The notes under the pieces: generated by a model | The model's database searches: none | What the model was told of the DNA's origin: nothing | Seen by the model: only the letters and a program-made list of their open reading frames with translations | Translations under genes and position numbers: made by a program | Shown: positions 12,630 to 35,364 of the stretch, in pieces | Numbering within the stretch: the stretch's first letter is position 1 | How the letters are laid out: every line of letters starts with the position of its first letter | DNA from: Eledone cirrhosa | Lineage: Eukaryota | NCBI GenBank assembly: GCA_964016885.1 | Contig: OZ024742.1 | Location: 247,566,001-247,630,000, forward strand | Direction: 5' to 3' | DNA: 64,000 bases

Positions 12630-12973
12630 TAGAAAGTGAGGTTTATTTTACAAAATGAAAAATAACCGAGGTGTCCTACACGAGTGAAAGTATAAAGAAA
12701 AAGAGATGAAATCGAAAATGCAACTGGAGTCTTATTTTTTTTTTTTAAATATATATATTTATTTGGTTCCTTTACCGGTTTCGCAGTTCTTCTGCTTTTC
12801 AAAAGGTGAGTTGAGATGGAGGGTCTGTGGTTTTTCTAAAAACCACAGACCCTCCATCTCAACTCACCTTTTGAAAAGCAGTAGAACTGCGAAACCGGTG
12901 AAGGAACCAAATAAATATATATATTTAAAAAAAAAATAAGACTCCAGTTGCATTTTCGATTTCAGCTCTTTTT

Positions 12974-12978
<5 letters not shown>
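12630..12978 (-). mobile_element. Fold-back insertion (~135-bp arms) with variant HHR
   Basis: Arms ~12693-12835/12838-12980; unique tail 12630-12692; TA-rich flanks. Confidence 0.8.
12769..12806 (-). ncRNA. Minimal type I hammerhead, U3-A8 core variant
   Basis: Minus strand CCTT-TTGAAAA-GCAG AAGAA CTGC-GAAA-CCGG-TA-AAGG; mirror copy at 12867-12904 (+) has GUG at the cleavage site. Confidence 0.6.
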
Positions 12979-13043
<65 letters not shown>

Positions 13044-13111
13044 ATGCAAATATATATATACAATATATTGCAATATTTGTTTGTATATTTATATATATAT
13101 ATACATATGTG

Positions 13112-13194
<83 letters not shown>

Positions 13195-13791
13195 ATATAT
13201 ATGTATATTTATACATACATGTATTAGAAATACATGCACACACAATCCCTCGCTCATACACAGACACACGTACACACATATATACATATGACAGTATACT
13301 GAAACTATGAAGTATAAAGAGAAAACGACGAAGTTGCTAAATTATTTATCGAAATTCTTCACCGCATTTCTACGAATTATATCAATAATTCTATTTGATT
13401 GAAGAACATAACAAAAAAATAAACGAAAGTAATGATTGCAAAAATATACAACATTTATTAGTTGGTCGAAAATACTATTAATGTATAATAATAGTTTTAC
13501 CCTACTCGATAATAATTTTACTGAAAACTGCACACTTGGGAATATATGCTCATGCATTCAAGTGATGTGTTGCCTGTGTGTATCTCGTATTTAGTTGTCT
13601 GGGTCTCGGTTGTGCGTTCATATGAGTACTTTGTATGTGCTTTATGACTTAAGACTATGTTATGAAGTTCCCGTTTCCCCTGCCACCGATGTCAAGGAGC
13701 GTAAGTACACGGGAATCATACACACACATGTGTATATAAAAAGCGAGAGAAATACACGTGCATAATACACAAACATATGTATATACACAGC

Positions 13792-13851
<60 letters not shown>

Positions 13852-13879
13852 AAAAGAGAGAGAGTGAGAGGGTGAGAGA

Positions 13880-14130
13880 GAGAGGAAGTGAAAGAGATCA
13901 TTCATTCAAAAAACACCCAGTCCACACAGTAGGGTGGTCATTTTGTTGCCATAATCAAAAGCACCCACTCCATGCTGTAAATGTTGTGGAAGTTAGGCAG
14001 GGCATTCAGTCATAGAAACCAAGCAAGAAACAGTTGCGTATGATCAAGATACAGTCAAGTGATGTGTCTTGTCTCATAATGAGACAACTCATCTAATCCA
14101 TGCTAGTGTTGAAAAATGAACGTTAAAAGG
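13880..14130 (+). mobile_element. Degenerate SINE of a second family with RTE-like tail
   Basis: GCACCCACTCCATGCTGTAAATGTTG...GTTAGGCAGGGCATTCAGTCATAGAAACC and 3' CCATGCTAGTGTTGAAAAATGAACGTTAAA resemble cephalopod SINE motifs as I recall them. Confidence 0.45.
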
Positions 14131-14140
14131 AGATTATGAT

Positions 14141-14177
<37 letters not shown>

Positions 14178-14460
14178 AATATATGTATATATATATTTAT
14201 AATTTACTAAATTATTATTTAAAACGTCACAATCCAGAAGAGTAGGAACAAACATCTGTTGCAAAACACTTACGCGTGTTTCATTGATATGTAACATATC
14301 AGTCTAGGATCGCTAATTTTTGGCTATTTCAATCAAAGCAAATCGAGTAAAACACTACAATTGATTACTCCAACTGAAACTGAATAGTGCTATACATATA
14401 TGTTTATATATATATATATATATATGTATATGTATATACATACATATATATATATATATA

Positions 14461-16299
14461 AATTGAAACAAAATGAAAACGAAATTTCATTTCTCACTCT
14501 TAGTATGGCACTTACTTAAATGTAAGTATGCATGTATACGTACATACATATATGTATACAGACGTACAGTAGCATGCACATATATATATATATATATACA
14601 GACATATACATACATATGCATACAGGTACACATACATATATGCACGTATCAGTTTAGCGGCGCTAACGTCGCTTTGTTCGTTTGTAAACAAACTGAACAG
14701 CCTGAATTTATGCCATACGGTGTTAAGGCAACCACGTCACCTTTTTGTTCAACACTGACACAGGAACGATGTACTAGTTTCAAGCTTGTTAGCTATCATC
14801 AGCACCGTTTACCCATCTGCCAGATAGTTGAACGTTCGAAAGTATATACTTTCCTTATGAAAATTAACGGCTGAGCAGCCTAATTTGCATATTGAGTGAG
14901 TTAAATCGGTCAGGCATACCGAAAACGATAAATTGAAACAAAATGAAAACGAAATTTCATTTCTCACTCTTAGTATGGCACTTACTTAAATGTAAGTATG
15001 CATGTATACGTACATACATATATGTATACAGACGTACAGTAGCATGCACATATATATATATATATATACAGACATATACATACATATGCATACAGGTACA
15101 CATACATATATGCACGTATCAGTTTAGCGGCGCTAACGTCGCTTTGTTCGTTTGTAAACAAACTGAACAGCCTGAATTTATGCCATACGGTGTTAAGGCA
15201 ACCACGTCACCTTTTTGTTCAACACTGACACAGGAACGATGTACTAGTTTCAAGCTTGTTAGCTATCATCAGCACCGTTTACCCATCTGCCAGATAGTTG
15301 AACGTTCGAAAGTATATACTTTCCTTATGAAAATTAACGGCTGAGCAGCCTAATTTGCATATTGAGTGAGTTAAATCGGTCAGGCATACCGAAAACGATA
15401 AATTGAAACAAAATGAAAACGAAATTTCATTTCTCACTCTTAGTATGGCACTTACTTAAATGTAAGTATGCATGTATACGTACATACATATATGTATACA
15501 GACGTACAGTAGCATGCACATATATATATATATATATACAGACATATACATACATATGCATACAGGTACACATACATATATGCACGTATCAGTTTAGCGG
15601 CGCTAACGTCGCTTTGTTCGTTTGTAAACAAACTGAACAGCCTGAATTTATGCCATACGGTGTTAAGGCAACCACGTCACCTTTTTGTTCAACACTGACA
15701 CAGGAACGATGTACTAGTTTCAAGCTTGTTAGCTATCATCAGCACCGTTTACCCATCTGCCAGATAGTTGAACGTTCGAAAGTATATACTTTCCTTATGA
15801 AAATTAACGGCTGAGCAGCCTAATTTGCATATTGAGTGAGTTAAATCGGTCAGGCATACCGAAAACGATAAATTGAAACAAAATGAAAACGAAATTTCAT
15901 TTCTCACTCTTAGTATGGCACTTACTTAAATGTAAGTATGCATGTATACGTACATACATATATGTATACAGACGTACAGTAGCATGCACATATATATATA
16001 TATATATACAGACATATACATACATATGCATACAGGTATGGCATAAATTCAGGCAAACAAACAGGTAAACAAACTGAACAGCCTGAATTTATGCCATACA
16101 CCGTATGGCATAAATTCAGGCTGTTCAGTTTGTTTACAAACGAACAAAGCGACGTTAGCGCCGCTAAACTGATACGTGCATATATGTATGTGTACCTGTA
16201 TGCATATGTATGTATATGTCTGTATATATATATATATATATGTGCATGCTACTGTACGTCTGTATACATATATGTATGTACGTATACATGCATACTTAC

Positions 16300-16302
<3 letters not shown>
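14461..16302 (-). mobile_element. Retrozyme/PLE-type tandem array: 470-bp units (3.35 copies) plus terminal inverted segment, inserted in (TA)n
   Basis: AATTGAAACAAAATG recurs at 14461, 14931, 15401 and 15871; identical 133-aa ORFs support unit identity. ~16100-16302 is the reverse complement of ~14519-14721. (TA)n on both sides. Confidence 0.88.
14765..14809 (-). ncRNA. Minimal type I hammerhead ribozyme (repeated at 15235-15279 and 15705-15749)
   Basis: Minus strand AACGGTG-CTGATGA-T AGCT AACA AGCT T-GAAA-CTAG-TA-CATCGTT: 7-bp helix I, paired helix II, palindromic helix III CTAG, GUA triplet. Confidence 0.88.
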
Positions 16303-16365
<63 letters not shown>

Positions 16366-16372
16366 GTATATA

Positions 16373-16460
<88 letters not shown>

Positions 16461-16494
16461 TATAACGTTCATATATATATATATATATATATAT

Positions 16495-16547
<53 letters not shown>

Positions 16548-16549
<2 letters not shown>

Positions 16550-16710
16550 TCAGAAGATCCCGTTAAGGGTGAAAGCAGCGATTCTTTGCTTAAACTTTAA
16601 TCTGTTATTTTAATAAATATTTGCTCTACGGTTCTTATATATTTGATATATATTTATCCTTATCGAGCCCTCTTTGGATTGTAGTCTTCACATTTATTAT
16701 TATTACTATA
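16548..16710 (+). repeat. (TA)n-associated dispersed repeat; pieces also at 2950-2990 (-), 3801-3865 and 12210-12308
   Basis: Shared TTCAGAAGATCCCGTTAAGGGTGAAAGCAGCG... and TAAATATTTGCTCTACGGTTCTTATATATTTGATATA.... Confidence 0.7.
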
Positions 16711-16846
16711 TACTTTGTTATATATATCACATTTATTATTATTACTATATACTTTGCCTTTCATCCTTACGGGGTCGATAAAATAAAGTACCAGTAATGT
16801 ACTGGGTAGTTGCTGGCCTTGTGCCTAAAGTAGAAACAATTATTAT

Positions 16847-16896
<50 letters not shown>

Positions 16897-17516
16897 GCAT
16901 TTACGGGTGTATGTGTGAGTGTGTGTGTGTGTGTGTGTGTGAAGACTTACAGGAATGACAGTGTAATATGTAAAGAGCCAAAATGTGTCAGTAAGTCTAC
17001 GTTAAAGATAGAGAACTGACAAAAAGAGAAATAAACGCCAATTTTAACGAATTGGAGAATAAAATGGTCGAGCAAACTGCGTAATGTTTACACACTCTCT
17101 GAGGTTAATACAATACAAACAAACAGGTGCAGATTCATAGAATAACGCATATGAACACTATATGGACACACGCCGAGTTACAGAGTCAAATATACATATA
17201 CATCCTCGATATATACATAGAAACCGATATACCTATTACACACACTATATGTACATACAAAGAAACTGATACATATATACACAAAGTATATATACATATA
17301 AACATATAAACATATACACACATTATGATTGACATGGAAACAAAGAGATATACACAGACGATACACACCATATATGCAAACAATTATACACATACGCTCT
17401 CGGTTGTAGGCATACATACAGACTAATACACATATTCACTATTATATACACACACTATATAGTCACATACTACAGAGAGCCATAGCCACAATCTATATAC
17501 GCACACTTTATATATC

Positions 17517-17677
<161 letters not shown>

Positions 17678-17871
17678 TAACGAAGGAAATGTGGTAAGGA
17701 ACCAAGTGGACCATAACGTACCAAAGTACTCAATACTTCGGGTAGTAGAGTGGGTAATAGGAAACGAGTAGGACCCCGACGGCTGAGCTCAAGCCGTTTC
17801 GACGGCTAATTCTGTAGTCCAGAATTAGCCGTGGAAACGGCTTGAGCTCAGCCGTCGGGGTCCTACTCGTT

Positions 17872-17875
<4 letters not shown>
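17678..17875 (-). mobile_element. Fold-back insertion in (TA)n; family also at 21170-21308, 21467-21525 and 60853-61060
   Basis: Arms ~17758-17813/17821-17875; tail GTGGTAAGGAACCA..GGACCATAACG..GTACTCAATAC shared among copies. Confidence 0.8.
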
Positions 17876-17945
<70 letters not shown>

Positions 17946-18297
17946 TCATACACATACATACAATATATAGGCATACATGTCAGTCAGCTACATATTAACA
18001 ATTTTTACCGACACCTACATAGACATACACTGTATAGACATAAGCATATACACACGCAAATAGAAATGTATAGAACAGTGACCAGTGGCAATATCGGGAA
18101 CTGGGGGCCACAGCCAACGTTGGACTTCAATAATATTCAAATCAGAAGCTTAGGAAAGCCTCAAGGAATCATCGAATTAATAGTGTAATATGTGTACAAA
18201 CATATATAAATAAAGTGATTGACTGTACTAAGCTCGGAGTCTTATCAAGCCGGATTTACCCCTGTTGCATATACATATATATACATACATACACACT

Positions 18298-18337
<40 letters not shown>

Positions 18338-18347
18338 AAGAGAGAGA

Positions 18348-18428
<81 letters not shown>

Positions 18429-19235
18429 AGAGTAAGATACCTAAATGCATTGACGTTTTCAAATTTACACACATACCACAGAACAGCAGTTTTGCCTATA
18501 TATATATATATATATGTGTGCGTGCGTGTGTGTGTCTGTACATATATAGTATGTATGTATGCATCTGTATAAGTATATGTCTATAAATATATATGCATAT
18601 ATAAGCTCAGAAACACACACATATATAAGGATATGTGTGTTGGGCCGAGAACGACATTGTGCGTCTATTTGTACATCTCAACGAACTTCTCATTGAATTA
18701 GCGTTGAAAGTCGCTGAATATTTCACAGCACGCGTGCCCTAAACATAATTCTCAAGTAGAATCACTATGAAAATGTATAACTAGATGGCACCATTGAATT
18801 ACCGGAATATTCCATCCAACCGTTTCCCCTATAGTTTCTCTGAATACAATTTCAACTAAAATACTTGGGTTGACCAAAGGCTACTATAGAAGACACTGGC
18901 CAAAAATGCCAAGTAGTGGGATCCAAACGGGATTTCGTGACTGCCAGACAAACTTCTTAAACACTTGGCCAGGCCTATATAATGCATTGAAAGTATGTCC
19001 GGGGAATATACTGATTTCATGTGAGGATAAGGATCCGATAGTTTAAGACTCTATTGGATAGGATACCACACTGTCAGAAGATTAGCTCCCATATTTTCCC
19101 TGCACTATGATACTTGTTCAGTTGAAGGGAATGGAGAATTTTATATGAAGTGCCTTACTCAAGGACACAACATGAGCTCACACGACCTTCTAATCGTAAC
19201 TGCAAAACCCTTACCACTAGATCGTGCAAGCCTTC

Positions 19236-19368
<133 letters not shown>

Positions 19369-19494
19369 TAAAATCCCAACTACGGCGTCAAGTGGTTTCG
19401 GCTTGTGTCCAATATATACATATATTTATATATATATATTACACACACAGGCACACACATATATATATGTATATACGCATGTATTTATATACAA

Positions 19495-19526
<32 letters not shown>

Positions 19527-19541
19527 CGCATGTATTTATAT

Positions 19542-19575
<34 letters not shown>

Positions 19576-19783
19576 TATATAAATATTTATGTGTATGTTG
19601 GTATGTATATAATAAATATTATATTATATAATAACAATGATATACATATACATATATACATAAACACATATGTAGATATGTGTGTGCGTGCGTTTATAGA
19701 TGTATGTATGAATATATGTATATATGTATTTATATAGGTTTGTATGGATGTGTGTGTGTGTATATATATATATATAGAGAGAG

Positions 19784-19858
<75 letters not shown>

Positions 19859-20507
19859 TGTGTAAATGTTCATACTAGGTAAATAAATATATATTTATGT
19901 CTGTTCCTCTGAGTGTGTCTACTTAAACATATAACATAAATGAAGAACAACAGAAAATAAAAATAACAAAACACAAAACAACAAAACTAGATAAAGCAAC
20001 AACAACAACAAAAACTACCATAAATCTTGGTGCTTTTAGCTTGATGAGTTGTCGGTCAATCACTGTAGTTTAGTAATTTCATCAAGGGACCAGATGGATA
20101 TGAGGTGTTGCAAAGATTAACGGACGGTGGCTGTTCTCAGCTGCAACAACCAAGCTATTTATACTTTCCTTTTAGAATATATATCGTTTTCTCTCCCACT
20201 CTCCCTGTCTTTGTCTTAATGGAGATATTTATCAACAAATAACAACAATAAAATATATAATCATAAATGGTAGGAATCTTGAGTTGTTTTAGACTTAGAA
20301 TAAATAATCTTAGATGAGGTTCGGTGGTAAAAATATATGTAGCTATCATAACGAAATGAAGTGTTGCAATATTTGTTTTTCAAACGGGCATTATGCGGTA
20401 TACTTATGAAACCCTAGTTCAAGACCTATAAAGACCATCTGAAAGGCGTATACCGCGTTACGGTTTTTGTTGTTAAAACAGTGCGTTTGGGTGGCAAAGG
20501 GGAGTAA

Positions 20508-20910
20508 ATAATTGTTTCTACTTTTGGCACAAGGCCAGCAATTATCCAGTACATTACTGGTACTTTATTTTATCGTCCCCGTAAGGATGAAAGGCAAAAT
20601 TAACCTCGGCGGGATTTGAACTCAGAATGGAAAGGACCGTAACTCTATTCGTCAAAGCATGGCGTCCGACCCTCTACCGATACTGCCAATACAATAATGG
20701 TTTTTTAAATAGGCACAAGGCCAGCAACTTGGGGGGAGGGGAAAATCGCTTATATCGACTCTAGTGCATGCCTGGTACTTTATTTTATCGACCTCGTAAG
20801 GATGAAAGGCAAAGTTAACCTCGGCGGGATTTGAAATCAGATAATAAAGGGCCGTAACTCTATGCTGCAAAGCATTGTGACCGACCCTCTACCGATACTG
20901 CCAATCCACC
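20508..20910 (-). mobile_element. Two tandem tRNA-head SINE copies
   Basis: Family sequence at ~20508-20689 and ~20708-20910. Confidence 0.8.
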
Positions 20911-21333
20911 ACTCTAAAGTGAAGTAAATAATAGAAGCTCTGCACTATACCTGACTAGGTATTTTTACTTTCATTTAAAAATACATGTTGATATTTACAA
21001 TCTCCTCCACCCAACACCCACACACATATGCAAACCCACGCACATAGACAGGCACACTCGTACATGTCTTAACACATTTCCCACAAATAACAAAACAATT
21101 GTATAAATTGTATAATCTTTACTTTAAATAACTAAAATGCGTGATGTTTTATATATATATATATATATAAAGAAGGAGGTGTGGTAAGGAACCAGATGGA
21201 CCATAACGCACGAGAGTACTCAATACTTAGGGTAGTAGAGTGGGTAATAGGAAAATGTTTAACACCGGCGACAGAGCTCAAGCCGTTTCGGCGGCTATTT
21301 CTGGACGATATATATATATGTGTGTGTTTGTAA

Positions 21334-21399
<66 letters not shown>

Positions 21400-21407
21400 A
21401 TGTATAC

Positions 21408-21469
<62 letters not shown>

Positions 21470-21481
21470 TTGAGTACTTTG

Positions 21482-29617
<8,136 letters not shown>

Positions 29618-30943
29618 GACATGTGAAATTAAAGATGTTGATTCAGCGCGGTTATTCAGGTTACTAGAAAGAGCAGCGAAATCATTCCCAAATCGCAGTC
29701 GACTGTCATAAATAAACCTAGGATACATTAGATAATGTAATCGGTTCTATTACTAATTAAAAGGCGACAAGCTGGCAGATTTGTTAGAGTTTAGGTTAAA
29801 ATGGCTTACATGTTCGGGATCTCTACGTTCTGAGTTAAAACCCGTTGAAGTCAATTTTGCTTTACATCATTCTGAAGTCGATAAATGAGGCATTAGTACA
29901 GGGTAGTAGATTTGTGGAATTGTGATAACTCCTTCGTCGTTTGAATTCCGAGTTCGTATACGATGTCCCTAATGCCAAGCTATATCGGTTTTTATTTTCC
30001 CTTAACCCACACCGGATGTGGAAGAGCGGGAAGACATGCTTATATGTATGTATGGTCTTTAAATAATTTGAAGGAGGTCTTTCCAAGTGTAAATCCATAG
30101 TCTCAGACTGCATACGGGAGCTCCAGATATATGACTAATATAATGGCCTGGTAATTGATGGAATGCTTTTGATCATAGGTCTTTACGACCAAAGCTGGCC
30201 TTGGACTAAATAACAATAAAAATAACACGTCCAAACAATGACTAAGCATCTACACGATGAACATGCTCCGAGAAATAGTAGCCAAATTTTCTTGATACAA
30301 TATACACGAAAAGAAGGTGATAGTCTCATCAGGTGGGACTCATATCATAGGTTTCCTCGATCAGAGGGGATCTGAGACTAAACAACCACAGAAACAATAA
30401 TTGAGACCCATATTGTGACAGGGCTGCGCCATTGAAATGGAAATACATTCAAGTAGACGTGTTTCCAAATACACAATCTAACGCTCAAGGTTTAGTTTAA
30501 ATGAGGCAACGGTAAAAAAAAAAGAATTCCTGCAGATGCCACGGAACAGATCGAACTAGAATCCTCATGATTGTGAAGCAAATTTTTTAACCAGTTGGTT
30601 ACGATGTGCCTTCAGTGTATGAAGGTATATCATAAAACTACGACCACCAATGTGTCAGTGATCCTCTCCTTAAAACAAACTGCGATCTCCATCAATAAAC
30701 TATGACGCCACTCACCTCGTCTGTACCAGAGACTTGCCAAAAACAGCAACAGAAGAAAATTATTGTTTAAACTTCTCAGACACGTATTTCAAATATGGTT
30801 ATAAATCTCTACACCAAATTAGACATCTTTCCAAGAAAGCAAAACTTACGTTAACGCCGACACTCACTCACATTCACACACATATACATACACACACATG
30901 CACACACACGCACACACACATATACACACAAATATATATATAA

Positions 30944-30977
<34 letters not shown>

Positions 30978-31489
30978 TATACATCCCTGTAGAGATATAC
31001 ACATATATACAGATATACGGATATACACATCAGTTTCCTACTTGTTATTCTACATACACATGGGCAAACACACAAGCCTATACCAACACCCCTGTTGATT
31101 GATAACTTCTGGAATAACATATGAACACCACTCTTCATTGCCGTAATCTGGACTCCATGTATACCATTCTAGTTCTGTCTAATTAGTCTGCAGACATCAC
31201 CAGTCTTGGAAGTATAGGAAAAGGAAAATAAATAAATAAAAATAGATGCTGGTTTTAGCAATTTTCTCCGTAATTTATATCTAACAACTTCCGGAGTTTC
31301 AATTAGGCCAGCTTGACGAGTCCACACAGAAAACTTTAGAACAAATACAAGTTTTTGTTTATACCCTTAAACATATAATTACACAGACTAGAAAAATCTA
31401 TAAACACAATCGGACATTTGATATATGCATTCATACTTATATACCTACCTATGTACATCATATGTACAGGCACACAAATGCACATGCAC

Positions 31490-31568
<79 letters not shown>

Positions 31569-31917
31569 AATGATAATATTATATATATATATTTATATAT
31601 ACATATGCATTTAACTTCCATGTTCAGTCACTACACACCATGCAACTAACCAATAGCGCACACGCAGACCCACACACACGCACTCTCACACACACACGCA
31701 CGCACACACATATATATCCATATATTTATATTGTTATAATTGGGGAGGGTCATATTGTTATAATATTGCCAGAAATAATAACAGAACACACTTACTGTTT
31801 GGTTTGGGTTGGTTTTCGCTTCTGTATCTTTTATAGCTCCATAGTTAATTTATCTGGTAATCAATGTTCATCATTGATTGACCAACAGTTAAAAATACAG
31901 ATATATATTTATGTATA

Positions 31918-31991
<74 letters not shown>

Positions 31992-32394
31992 AAAAGTGAC
32001 CTGCATAGCTAAGAACATACAAAATGAATAAAAAACGGTTGGCGAAATCAAAGGAAAATCGGACGAAATATAGAACAGTCTTTTCTAATAAGTCAATCAC
32101 TGGAGGTCATCGTTGTTTCGATTGAAATATTTCGGTCGATACCTTTAGTTCCAGTGCACATTGGACAGTAACAAATGGGCACAAAGCAGGACGATTATTT
32201 TTTTTTTAGCTATTTACAAATAAATGAAATTTACGACAAACGAATATATTACAACTGGGAAGAAAAGATAGTAAGAAAGCCAAACATATTAGCCAAGAAG
32301 AGAAACTATACATAGAAGGGAAAGTGAGAGAAAAATATATACGTATGTCCTACATAGACAGAAAAAATGGGGAAAGAACATACCAGAGGAAGCA

Positions 32395-32505
<111 letters not shown>

Positions 32506-33268
32506 AACTGAGAACTCGAAAAAACTATACATACATCTTACAGCTAATTGAAAAAGCAATGCGTACAGACGACCAAATGTCTCCAGTAGATATTACCAGT
32601 ATTTAACAATGGGTTTCTATCGGTTTCTACGATGTGTTCCAACGGAACCACCTACTTGTAAAATTAACTTACATATGGTTGAACATTCCATAGGCACGTG
32701 TACCCTCAAGGTAATTCTCATCTTGATTCAACGTTTAAGGCCCAATGTGTTTATCAAAACTGATACCCTGAATCTCATGTACATCCACTTTGACAGAAGG
32801 ATTTGCTAAAAGATAATTGCTCAAGATATCGCAATGTGCTGATCAAAGCTGGGACTTCATGCTTGAGAAGCAACCTTCTCAAGCATTAATTTGTCATGTT
32901 TCCATTAGTATTTATGACATTTCTTACCTTAGTAGGAAAATCAAAATTACACTTGTAACAGAACACAGGTTGTAAAATATGTATATCAACAATAGTATAT
33001 ATATTCAACATTCAGCACTACCGACTCTCCCACAATGCCAACGTCCTTCGATATCAACATAATTAATTCATGAATCTTTGTCTGGTGAAATTCACAGATG
33101 GGTGTAACTCAAAAGAAATCGATAGAACATTTTTACTAAGTTTACTATCAAATGAACGGTTTAATTATAAATTCAACATTATATATAGTCATGTGTGTGT
33201 ATATATGTGTGCGTGCGCGTGTGAGTATGTACATATATATGCATACTTACACACACATAGTCACACGC

Positions 33269-33313
<45 letters not shown>

Positions 33314-35332
33314 CCAAGCCGTATGATTTCACGCTATATATCCTAAGAGAAATAAATAGGCTCTAGCTGGTGGCAAGACGTGACAAACATCTTGGGAGCA
33401 AGGAGGAATGTCACATTTAAGCAATGTCTATATTCTCACCATTTCTAGTGACTTCGTGTTCAATGAGAATGACTCTAATATATTCAAGTATTGGCTAATG
33501 TCAAAACACTTACAGATCATAAACATCTACTTTAACACTGGTTTCCTGTTGGTCGTAAAACTATTTTCATAAAATTAAATCTCAAGTTTTCGAAAAGTTA
33601 TTTCTAGTAGAAATGGAAATGGATGCCAGTACGTATTAGATGTAATATTTGGATTAGTAGTAGTAGTATTAGTAGTTACTGTTGTTGTCGATAATGGCTG
33701 CATTTTCATTATTAGTTAATACTGAAAACAGTAATAAAAGATATATATATATATATATACGTATATATACACTCACACACACTCACACATACTCACATAC
33801 ATAATCTACCCCCCCCCCCCGCACCCCCACATACACACACCACATACACAAATATATTATACATACAAATACACTATACATACAAATATAGTATTTACTC
33901 GGAAAGAAGACATCTCGGCAGCGTCTGAGAGTCAGTATATTCTAGCAATCATCATTAACCTTGTAAGAATTAGAAATTATTGTTTTTCACTAATTTATGA
34001 CTTGTCTAATGTCGTCCTATTATTTCGGAACGTTCTTCACTGAAAGCTATATCTTGCGTTTAGAAAAAATAACCGCTGCTTTATGTTGTGGTAGAGATAG
34101 AGAGGGAAAGTGCGTGTGGGGGGCAGAAAGAGAGATAGAGAGAGAGAGATGTGAGGTATGGGTGAGTGAGGGAGTTGGAGGGATAGATGGGATCGGAGAG
34201 GAAGTTATAGTAACGATCGATATATGAGAGAGACAAAGCAAGAGACGTGACGTGGGGAGGTTATAATGACGATAGATATTACAGCCAATCACATTACAGT
34301 ATTATAACTTGCCTTATTTCCTCACTTTCATAGATTCTCTCTCATAGAACAGTTTCGCAAGTTATCAAAAGACAGATTGGCTACAATAACTTCCGGTTGT
34401 TGAGAAATCAACAATGAAATCCTTTCATAATCCTCATCATTCTCTTTGATTAACACTTTCTCTTTTAATGGTGTTGGAATAAGCGATGGCTGTTTCTTGC
34501 TAAATTAGAATTAAGAATTCACCTGGTGCTTTGTATAAATAGCTGAACAGCCCAAGAGATGTTTTTATTTGAAAGTTCCTTCCGTGAAGAATCAGAACTT
34601 AATGCGAACATGATGAGGTCAGTCGTTGCTTTTCAATGTCTATTTAAGCGGGAGATTAAGTGCTGTGTTTGAGTGTGTGTACTTAAATGTACTTTGGACA
34701 CTCTCGATAAAAACAATCTGTGATAAATGCTATAGGTTTACTTGAAGATAAAATAATATAATATACAGATTATTTCAACTAAAATATGAACAAATAAAAA
34801 ATAAAAAAACAACAAAAAGCAGGCATCATTGACATCTGAAATATTTACTGAAGTGTTAATGGCTGATTACCAATCACGTGACAGAGGAACGAGAGTATAT
34901 AAATTGGTAAAACAACGGAGATATGAGTCAAAGCAGCATGACCGAGTGGTTAACGAGTTCAATTTCCAATCCTAAGTTTCCGAGTTCGATGCCACTCCGT
35001 GGCTGATTGTGCGACTATCTTATATCATAGTCTCAAGTCAACCCAAGACTGATGAGTTGAATTGGTTAGTCAGAAACTGTATGCAAGACCGACGGATAAA
35101 TTTTACTTATAAGGCTAAGGGCCAACTTTTTCATGGTTTATCACACCAAATCGACATGATAAATAAATTAAAGATTCATGAGTCTGTGAAATGCTAAACC
35201 ACTTAAACTACAATAAAACAATGCGTGTAGACACACACTTAACCCATAGAGTCAATAATCACCCCCAACTACGAATCCATAGGCACAGACTCATGCACAC
35301 ACACACATACACACACTCACACAAACACATAA

Positions 35333-35359
<27 letters not shown>

Positions 35360-35364
<5 letters not shown>

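Noticed and set aside
14473-15814. Three identical 133-aa ORFs as a gene cluster
   Set aside because: They run through TA/TACA low-complexity sequence, show no recognisable domain, and lie antisense to the ribozyme.
35045-35085. CTGATGA...GAAAC as hammerhead
   Set aside because: No helix I complementarity or palindromic helix III; lies in a decayed SINE-like region.
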